This document shows, piece after piece, positions 34,684 to 41,920 of a stretch of DNA of 64,000 nucleotides. Position numbers and translations under genes: made by a program. Source of the DNA: a virus; IMG/VR virus record IMGVR_UViG_3300045988_168552; one strand, written 5' to 3'. Position 1 is the stretch's first letter; the number at the start of each line of letters is the position of its first letter. The notes beneath the pieces were generated by a model. The model was not told the origin of the DNA. It saw only the letters and a program-made list of their open reading frames with translations, and did not search any database.

Positions 34684-35985
34684 ATGATAACGAAATTCAA
34701 TTTCAAGGATAAGACCATTAAGTCTTATGCCATCCGAAAGCTGACACCCTTCGAGTGTTTCCGACTCATGGGTGTGCGAGATGATGTGATCCGCACGATG
34801 CAGAGTACCAATGCCGAGGCAGCCGAGCGAGTAGCTGGCTATAAGAGCAAGGGAAAGGCAGAAGATATGGCAGTATCAGCCAGCCAGCAATACAAGCAGG
34901 CAGGCAACTCCATCGTGGTAGATGTACTTGCAGCCATCTATCAGCAACTCTGGTACCCGAAAGAACCGAAGCGTGAGGCACAGACTTCTTTCTTTGCCGA
35001 TTTCTTCCCAGAAGACCAACTTCCACCCTATCCGGTAGATAAGAACCACGGTGAAAAACTTATTCTCACCACCTTCTCCGGTTATGACTCGCAGCTCATG
35101 GCAGCCGATGTCCTCGCCCAGCAGCATCCTGATTTCCGTTGGACATGTGTAGGCTGGAGCGATATAGACAAATACGCCTGTCAGATGCACGACCTTATCT
35201 TTCCGCAGTTTGCTGACAAAGCCTTGGGCGATATAACCAAAATCGACTGGCAGCAAGTAAAGAATAATGTGGGGGGCCAAGAAATCGACCTTTTCACCTA
35301 TTCCTCACCTTGCCAGGATATATCGCAAGCCGGCAAGCAGATGGGTTTGAAGGAAGGCTCCGATACCCGTTCGGCATTATTGTGGCGAGTAGCCGATGCC
35401 GTGGAGGTATTGCGTCCGAAGTATCTGCTTCAGGAGAATGTGGCAGCCCTGGTAAGCGAGAAGTTTATGCCCGATTTTCAGAAGTGGCGTGATAAGCTCT
35501 CGTCTCTCGGCTACGTAAGCCGATGGGCAAGGCTCAATGCCAAAGACTATGGTGTTCCGCAGAACCGTGACCGTGTTTTCTGCCTCTCAATGAGAAAAGA
35601 TGTAGCCTTCGATTACCAGTTTCCCGACCCTATTCCGCTGAAGAGAAAGTTGGAAGATGTGTTGCAGGAGGAAGTAGATACAAGGTTTTTCCTGAAAGAT
35701 GAAGTCGTCAGCAAGTTCCTTCAGGCAAACGATAAAGACACCTGCGTCTTCCATCAGTTCGAGATAGATCCGAGTCATGAGAATGCGATGGCATTAAAAG
35801 CCATCCTCACCCTTTATATAGAAGAGGCGCATCTTTGGTATTACACTCCAAAAGAACTGCAGGAGAAGATTTCTTCCGCTCACGAAGACATCATCATGCC
35901 GCTGTTCAATGACTGGAAAGAGAACGGCAAGTTCGCAAATCCTAAGTTGGAAAATATGTATCATCAGTTTTTGAAGAAGAAATGA
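34684..35985 (+). CDS. DNA (cytosine-5)-methyltransferase core, circularly permuted (motifs IX-X then I-VIII)
   Basis: N-terminal part: 'IRKLTPFECFRLMGV' (IX) and 'KQAGNSIVVDVL' (X). Then 'LTTFSGYDS' (I), 'YSSPCQDIS' (IV, catalytic Cys), 'LLQENV' (VI) and 'VPQNRDRVF' (VIII). Confidence 0.85.
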   Translation: MITKFNFKDKTIKSYAIRKLTPFECFRLMGVRDDVIRTMQSTNAEAAERVAGYKSKGKAEDMAVSASQQYKQAGNSIVVDVLAAIYQQLWYPKEPKREAQTSFFADFFPEDQLPPYPVDKNHGEKLILTTFSGYDSQLMAADVLAQQHPDFRWTCVGWSDIDKYACQMHDLIFPQFADKALGDITKIDWQQVKNNVGGQEIDLFTYSSPCQDISQAGKQMGLKEGSDTRSALLWRVADAVEVLRPKYLLQENVAALVSEKFMPDFQKWRDKLSSLGYVSRWARLNAKDYGVPQNRDRVFCLSMRKDVAFDYQFPDPIPLKRKLEDVLQEEVDTRFFLKDEVVSKFLQANDKDTCVFHQFEIDPSHENAMALKAILTLYIEEAHLWYYTPKELQEKISSAHEDIIMPLFNDWKENGKFANPKLENMYHQFLKKK

Positions 35986-36131
35986 TTTGTAATCGTTCTA
36001 TCATCCTTGGCTTGTATAGCCCTTCCCAAAACGGCATTGTCGTGCATCCGAAAGGCATTGCCATTTGCCTTACTGGTGGTGGCAAAGGGCACGATGTTGA
36101 TAAACCGAAAATATTATTAGAGTATGAATAA
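35982..36131 (+). CDS. TRD-like mini-ORF d (49 aa)
   Basis: MICNRSIILGLYSPSQNGIVVHPKGIAICLTGGGKGHDVDKPKILLEYE. It resembles the M.HhaI TRD segment QGERIYSTRGIAITLSAYGGG (recalled from memory). ATGA overlap with the MTase stop. Confidence 0.55.
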   Translation: MICNRSIILGLYSPSQNGIVVHPKGIAICLTGGGKGHDVDKPKILLEYE

Positions 36132-36276
36132 GGTTATTCCTTTCGTAAAACGATTTAAGGAGTTATGCCCACGATTAGAAGGCTACTCCACCGCTCTATC
36201 ATCGAGATATGATGGATGGGGTGGGCTGTACGACAACCACGGGCAACATACAATGTTATTATTAAGATATGACTGA
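36124..36276 (+). CDS. TRD-like mini-ORF e (50 aa)
   Basis: MNKVIPFVKRFKELCPRLEGYSTALSSRYDGWGGLYDNHGQHTMLLLRYD. 8-nt overlaps. Confidence 0.45.
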   Translation: MNKVIPFVKRFKELCPRLEGYSTALSSRYDGWGGLYDNHGQHTMLLLRYD

Positions 36277-36439
36277 AAAGCATTATATCGGATGGTCCCG
36301 AGACCATAAAGGCAAGGTTCGCAATCGTCCACGCAAGGATATAGCGAATGCAGTAACCCAATTCAATAGCGGCGATAGCTATACCAATCAAGACGTTTTG
36401 GGTGATACGTCGCCTTATGTAATATATGAATATGATTAA
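36269..36439 (+). CDS. TRD-like mini-ORF f (56 aa)
   Basis: MTEKHYIGWSRDHKGKVRNRPRKDIANAVTQFNSGDSYTNQDVLGDTSPYVIYEYD. Confidence 0.45.
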   Translation: MTEKHYIGWSRDHKGKVRNRPRKDIANAVTQFNSGDSYTNQDVLGDTSPYVIYEYD

Positions 36440-36608
36440 GATATTAGCCATTCACGAGGCGAGAACAGAGCACGCCAAGGAAGTACGCAAGCAGACCGGC
36501 ACCAATGATTATCGGGATAAAGCCATCTTCTTCCGCGATAATCATTTGATGCAGTGCATTGGCACCTTCCATACGAAAGATAATCTTCTTGCCTTTAGTT
36601 ATGAATAA
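36426..36608 (+). CDS. TRD-like mini-ORF g (60 aa)
   Basis: 'RTEHAKEVRKQTG...MQCIGTFHTKDNLLAFSYE'. Paralogous to ORF h. Confidence 0.5.
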   Translation: MNMIKILAIHEARTEHAKEVRKQTGTNDYRDKAIFFRDNHLMQCIGTFHTKDNLLAFSYE

Positions 36609-36611
36609 AAT

Positions 36612-36794
36612 ATGATTCAGCAAGCCATCATTACTCACTATCGAACTGAGGAAGCGAAGGCTTATCGCAAGATACACGGCGACAGAGGCGGTTGTCGTTA
36701 TCAGGATAAGTATCATCGCCCAAGCCCTTACCCCTGGAGTAACTGCATTTCCACCGTAACAAAAGATAATCTTTTATGGCAACAATACGAATAA
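36612..36794 (+). CDS. TRD-like mini-ORF h (60 aa)
   Basis: 'RTEEAKAYRKIHG...SNCISTVTKDNLLWQQYE'. Confidence 0.5.
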   Translation: MIQQAIITHYRTEEAKAYRKIHGDRGGCRYQDKYHRPSPYPWSNCISTVTKDNLLWQQYE

Positions 36795-36934
36795 GAACCT
36801 GCGCAAGCAGAGGCAGAGCCGATGGAGATTGGTATTCCAACCCTCACTCTGAAAGGCTCGAAATCGGAGACTGCATCAGTAACGCTATTTCCTCTATCGC
36901 CAAGGATTTTATGATCATTATCAATTATGAATAA
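36776..36934 (+). CDS. TRD-like mini-ORF i (52 aa)
   Basis: MATIRIRTCASRGRADGDWYSNPHSERLEIGDCISNAISSIAKDFMIIINYE. Found by hand; below the track's 60-aa cutoff. Confidence 0.45.
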   Translation: MATIRIRTCASRGRADGDWYSNPHSERLEIGDCISNAISSIAKDFMIIINYE

Positions 36935-36946
36935 GAAGAGGAGCAT

Positions 36947-36971
36947 CTGTTCCCAGCGATTCTATCGCTGG
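36947..36971 (+). repeat. CCAGCGA hairpin element, copy
   Basis: 'CTGTTCCCAGCGATTCTATCGCTGG'; lies between the TRD array and the 37111 gene. Confidence 0.85.
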
Positions 36972-37110
36972 TTCCCTCCCTTCTTTGTCCCCACCAAAGC
37001 CATAAAAATCCCTAACTTTACACTCAGAAACAAGAGAAATAGGCGCGCGTATATCGCCGCCCTTCTCTCTTCCATCACATTCAGGATAACATATAAAAAG
37101 AAACGCAAAA

Positions 37111-38928
37111 ATGGCAAGCAAAAACAAAAACAGAGTAACCAACCTGCAGCAGCTCCAAAATCGTAGTGAGGAACTGAAAGATGCAGGCTATGTAGCCGTT
37201 CGGCCAGATGCTTTTACGTCGCCTAAGAACGGCGGCAATAAGGTCTTTTCCTGGAACGACTACGTTCACGGCATGCTCCTAACCACAGCCGGTATGTCGG
37301 CAAGCGGTGGCGACGCAGGCGGTTCCGCAGCACGTCAGCAAGTCTCCACTATCTTTGCATCAAGCGGCGGCGAGAACCTGGGCAAACCGAAGGACGTAGG
37401 TACCGAAGGCTTAGGCTTTATGGAATGGGGTATGGCCAACCGACTGCCAAACCTTATCTGGATGCTCTCCCGTATGTCGCCTTTCACGGCAGCAGGAGTA
37501 GATTACATCAAGAAGATACTGGTAGGTCGTGGTCCCGCAGCCAAGTATCATTACACTCAGTACGTAGGCGGGAATATCACGGAGAAATATATCCCCTACG
37601 AGAGCGCAGGAGTCCTGCTCCGTGGTCAGATAGCTGACCTGAAAGCCAAGGAAGAGGCAGCCGCCGAAGCCAAGCGTCAGAACGAGCAGCAGAGCCAGAA
37701 CGGGCAGTCTCAGCAGTCAGAGTCTCCGTTCCCTGCGGTTCAATCGCAGGTCTTATCCTCCGATGAAGAGGAAAGCGAGGAGATGAAATCTCTGAAAGAA
37801 GCCCTCCACAAATGGGAAGAAACCAATGCGCAGCTTCGTGATTTCCTGGAAAACAATGACCTGATGCAGACCTTCCTCGATTTGGCAGGCGATATGGCTC
37901 TGATGTCTCAGTGCTTTGTAGAACTCCAGCTCAATCAGCGTTCCCTCGACGAGAACGGCAAAGCTGTTCCTACTGCCCAATGGACCCCGAAGGTAATCGG
38001 TCTGAAGCATCGCAGCATCTTCACCACCCGACTGGAGCGCATGGACGAGAACTACCGCATCAACTATGCCTACGTGAGCAATCAATGGCTCGACCCTACA
38101 CAATACGTCGGCGTGCAGAAAGAGGAAGACCGCAAGATAGCGGCTATCCCCTATCTCCCTACCACATCAGCCGTGAAGGATTTGCAGCGCAATATCCGTG
38201 AGGCACGTCAGAAGCAGGTAAGCCGCAAGAAACGCCCTACCCGCTTCATCATGTCGCCAAGAGATTTCGGTGGTCCGTACTATGCCGATGCCCTTTGGCA
38301 CTCCATCTTTGCCGGCAGCATCTTCGAGTATGCCTTCACCATCGTAGATGACCGCCTCACCCGAAAGCGCAACAGCAATATCATCGGTAGAGTTATCTAT
38401 ATCCATCAGGACTATATCAGCAGGCTCTATCAGCAACAGGGCGAGCAGAAAAAGAAGACCTACGGCGAGATTCAGAATGAAATCTTTACTTCTATCAATA
38501 CATGGCTCGCCAATCCCGATAATGCAGGTCAGGCGCTCATTTCCTCTGCCTTCACGGGCAGCGATGGAAACGAGCACAAGGCTTGGGAAATCGTGGAAAT
38601 CGAAACCAAGGCAAATGATCAGGCAAATGCCGATAAGACCGAGCTGCAGGAAATAAGTAGTATCATCTTCTTTGCCATGGGTCTTGATGCCAAGCTCATC
38701 GGTAATACTCCTGGCGATACGGCATCATCGGGCGGTACCGACCTGAGAGAACGTTTCCTGGTAAAGCAAATCCAGTTTGCCCCATTGCAGCAGTTGATGA
38801 TACGCCCACTGGAAGTTTTGAGCCGCTTCAACGATTGGGATGAGCATCTGGTATGGCAGATAGACAGAGAGGTATTGACTACCCTCGATAACTCGAAGAC
38901 CGGAGTGGCAAAACAAGAGACCTCTTAA
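37111..38928 (+). CDS. candidate portal protein (by size and position only)
   Basis: 605 aa; first gene of the long rightward virion operon. No motif recognised. Confidence 0.4.
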   Translation: MASKNKNRVTNLQQLQNRSEELKDAGYVAVRPDAFTSPKNGGNKVFSWNDYVHGMLLTTAGMSASGGDAGGSAARQQVSTIFASSGGENLGKPKDVGTEGLGFMEWGMANRLPNLIWMLSRMSPFTAAGVDYIKKILVGRGPAAKYHYTQYVGGNITEKYIPYESAGVLLRGQIADLKAKEEAAAEAKRQNEQQSQNGQSQQSESPFPAVQSQVLSSDEEESEEMKSLKEALHKWEETNAQLRDFLENNDLMQTFLDLAGDMALMSQCFVELQLNQRSLDENGKAVPTAQWTPKVIGLKHRSIFTTRLERMDENYRINYAYVSNQWLDPTQYVGVQKEEDRKIAAIPYLPTTSAVKDLQRNIREARQKQVSRKKRPTRFIMSPRDFGGPYYADALWHSIFAGSIFEYAFTIVDDRLTRKRNSNIIGRVIYIHQDYISRLYQQQGEQKKKTYGEIQNEIFTSINTWLANPDNAGQALISSAFTGSDGNEHKAWEIVEIETKANDQANADKTELQEISSIIFFAMGLDAKLIGNTPGDTASSGGTDLRERFLVKQIQFAPLQQLMIRPLEVLSRFNDWDEHLVWQIDREVLTTLDNSKTGVAKQETS

Positions 38929-38962
38929 AAGTAAAAAAGTAAAAAGGTAAAAAAATAAGGAT

Positions 38963-40078
38963 ATGATACTCTTTACGAATCAAGAACTTAGGCTTCACCT
39001 CCCCAGCAATGCCGTGGACGAGGTAGCCAATCTGCAGGGTATGCTCGACAATAGCGAAAAGGACTTCTTGAAGCCTCGCCTGGGAGCATCCCTATACGAC
39101 CGTCTCTGCAAGCAGTATGCAAGCATAGAACCCTTAATATTCTGCGATGCGGTTGCTGATGGTACCTACGTCAACGACCCATGGAATGAGCTTCTGCTTT
39201 ATGCGCAGCGCATGATTGTGAATGATGCGATGGCGCAAAACATCGAGAAGCAAGCACTTTCTGTGAATGGCTCCGGCATCAACGTAGCTTCCAGCAACGA
39301 CTATGCCGTAGCCACCGACAAGCAGATAGCGCAGGGCAAGGAAAGCTACCGCCAGTCGGCCATGACCTCGCTCAATAACCTGCTTTCCCTCTTGGAGGGA
39401 TGGGCAAAGGAAGTGAATACTCCTATGCCTATCGAGGCATCGGGCGATGGTACAGAAGGAACAGATGAAGGAACCGATAGCGGCAAAGATGATGCAGACG
39501 AAGCCGAGAAGAAACGGCATGAAGCGATAGAGGAAATCGTAACCCTTTGGCAGGAGAGTAAGTACTATTACTACCATCGAGATCTGCTTTTCCCTACCTG
39601 CGAGTCTTTGCAGCCGTATCTCGATATTTACGGCAACAGAGATAAGTTTGTGCGTCTCATCCCTGATATGCTTTTCATCCAGAGTGAGTATCTGGAAGAA
39701 GCATTTGGCGAAGATTTCATCCCTCGCCTCTTGCAGGCTGATGAGAACGACAAGATGCTGAAGAAGGCGCGTCAGCTTGTAGCCGCCTATCTCAAGGAAC
39801 GTACATCAGTTATCAGTTTCGATAAGCTTACCCGCTCCACAGCGCACAATGATGCCATTACCGTAAGGGAAAGCATTCATCGGTTGCTGAAGAAAGAGGA
39901 AGTCGAAGCGCAAGCGAAACTCGATGCAGCCAAAGCTGATAGCGCCACAGAAGGCGGCTCCTCCTCATCGACGAGTAACGCCTCCAGTGCTTCATCATCG
40001 AATGACAAGGATGGCAGCGAAGGCTACGACAACAACCAAAAAGGTTCTCGTATCTTCGTAACCCCTATTCTGTGCTAA
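38963..40078 (+). CDS. virion-operon protein, unknown (Ser-rich C-terminus)
   Basis: ORF track; 371 aa. Confidence 0.6.
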   Translation: MILFTNQELRLHLPSNAVDEVANLQGMLDNSEKDFLKPRLGASLYDRLCKQYASIEPLIFCDAVADGTYVNDPWNELLLYAQRMIVNDAMAQNIEKQALSVNGSGINVASSNDYAVATDKQIAQGKESYRQSAMTSLNNLLSLLEGWAKEVNTPMPIEASGDGTEGTDEGTDSGKDDADEAEKKRHEAIEEIVTLWQESKYYYYHRDLLFPTCESLQPYLDIYGNRDKFVRLIPDMLFIQSEYLEEAFGEDFIPRLLQADENDKMLKKARQLVAAYLKERTSVISFDKLTRSTAHNDAITVRESIHRLLKKEEVEAQAKLDAAKADSATEGGSSSSTSNASSASSSNDKDGSEGYDNNQKGSRIFVTPILC

Positions 40079-40120
40079 AAATATTCGTAATTTTCAAATA
40101 AACAACAAAAACAAGGATTT

Positions 40121-41236
40121 ATGGAAAATTTATCATTACAGGAAATCATCAACATTTTGAAACCTGCCATCGGTGCAAGAATGCTTACCCAGGAGCAGAA
40201 AGATGCCTATGAGCAGGGATTGTCTCTCCTGGAAGGTGCAAGTAATGCACGCTCGTTTATCGAGAACTCACGTAAGTTTAAAGACTATCATCGCCGTACC
40301 CGACAGATGATCGCCTATCTGAATAGCTACAGCAGCTCTCAAGCCAACGCTGCATCATCATCTGCTGCCGACAAGCGACGTGTAGGTCGCCCAACCAAAC
40401 AGGAACAGGAAGCCTATGCCGAACTTCAGAAAAAGAAAGCCATGGAAGAGGCGAAGCAGTCTCTCTTTCCTAATCTGAAGCCCGACACCACCGTGCAGCC
40501 GCTTACCTATAATGGTATCGTAGCCAACCCTAACGGCGAAAGTATCGCTGCTACCATGCCCAACCTGATGCAGTTGCGTCCGTTCCTCTCTACTGCCCTT
40601 CAGGAGCAGGTGAACACCGTGCGTGACCTTCGTAGCGAGATGGCAAGCAAGGCAGAGCAGGCGAAGACCATGGCAGAAGCCAACGAGAAAGCTATCTCGC
40701 AGGGTAAAAGCGCCATCTATACCGAGGATGAGATTGCCGAACTAGCCACAAGAGCCGTAGAAATCGAAAGCGATATTCTTCCGGAAATCTTTAAGGCTGT
40801 AGATAGAGAGATGGGCGAATGCTATCTGAGACTGAGCGAGAAGACTGGAGACCCTGAATACATCGCTTACGCAAAGAAGGCCTTCACCATCGACCCTCAG
40901 ACTCTCCGCACTCAGTTTAAGCCATTCTATGAAAAGGCATTAGCACGCGACCCTCTTTTTGCCGAGCAGGTAGCCGAGAAGATTGCCAATGACCGCCCAG
41001 AAGTAAAGGCAGCTCGTGATGCAGCCGCCAAGCACAAGGCTGAAGCCGATGCTCGGATCAAGTATATCCTTCGTAAGGATAAGCTATCTACTCAAACGAG
41101 AGTGAAAGGCATCAAGGAGCGCATAGACCAACTTCGCCAGGATTACTCTGACATCGTGACCGAAGAGGAGCTTTCCGGCTATGAAGCTATTCTCACAAAA
41201 ACTATAGAAGAAGCCAAAGAGGATTCCGAAGCATAA
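40121..41236 (+). CDS. virion-operon protein, unknown (coiled-coil rich)
   Basis: ORF track; 371 aa. Confidence 0.6.
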   Translation: MENLSLQEIINILKPAIGARMLTQEQKDAYEQGLSLLEGASNARSFIENSRKFKDYHRRTRQMIAYLNSYSSSQANAASSSAADKRRVGRPTKQEQEAYAELQKKKAMEEAKQSLFPNLKPDTTVQPLTYNGIVANPNGESIAATMPNLMQLRPFLSTALQEQVNTVRDLRSEMASKAEQAKTMAEANEKAISQGKSAIYTEDEIAELATRAVEIESDILPEIFKAVDREMGECYLRLSEKTGDPEYIAYAKKAFTIDPQTLRTQFKPFYEKALARDPLFAEQVAEKIANDRPEVKAARDAAAKHKAEADARIKYILRKDKLSTQTRVKGIKERIDQLRQDYSDIVTEEELSGYEAILTKTIEEAKEDSEA

Positions 41237-41242
41237 AAAAAA

Positions 41243-41896
41243 ATGACAAAGAATAAAGAAACCCCCGAACAGCGCACGCAGCGTTTCAAGACCCTTTGCG
41301 TTAATATCCTCGCCCAGAGCGGCAACTGCCAGGAATCCCAGCATACTTTCAAGAGCACGCAGAGCATTCCCGAAATGTGCGAGGCATGGCGCAAGTACTG
41401 GCACGGCTTAATCACCGAGGTACCGCAGCAGGTAATCGATGCTTTCAAAGCCGTATATCCGGAATTTAAGGCTGATATAAACCAGGGTGGTATCTTCTAT
41501 AACGAAGATTCGCCTACCGGTACCGTCCTTGTGGGTGATACAGACGAGGAAATCCACCTCTACTCTTCCCGAAAGATATACGTCCTCGGCAAGGCGCACG
41601 TCATTCTCCATAATGCGGCTACCGCCCTCGTGATGAATGAAGGCTGTAAGATAGAGTTATTGGATGGCAGCAAGGCAACCATCAAGGCAGGTTACGGAAT
41701 CGCCCGGAATTATGCCCATCTGGTAACTTGCCAGGAAGCGGAATGCTACGACCAGAGTGTAGCCTTCATTACCGATGGCACCCTTCACGACCATGGGCAT
41801 CAGAAGATCAATGCCTTTGGTACGGCAATGATCGACACCTTTACCCATCGACTCATAGACCTCTATGATAGCGCCAGGATAGAAATCAGAAAGTAA
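41243..41896 (+). CDS. virion-operon protein, unknown
   Basis: ORF track; 217 aa. Confidence 0.6.
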   Translation: MTKNKETPEQRTQRFKTLCVNILAQSGNCQESQHTFKSTQSIPEMCEAWRKYWHGLITEVPQQVIDAFKAVYPEFKADINQGGIFYNEDSPTGTVLVGDTDEEIHLYSSRKIYVLGKAHVILHNAATALVMNEGCKIELLDGSKATIKAGYGIARNYAHLVTCQEAECYDQSVAFITDGTLHDHGHQKINAFGTAMIDTFTHRLIDLYDSARIEIRK

Positions 41897-41920
41897 ATAT
41901 CAGAAAATAGAAATCAGAAA

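Noticed and set aside
36927-37166. 79-aa ORF starting at the last TATGAATAA junction of the TRD array
   Set aside because: It reads straight through the hairpin element and the leader of gene 37111. It has no TRD-like sequence and is basic and of low complexity.
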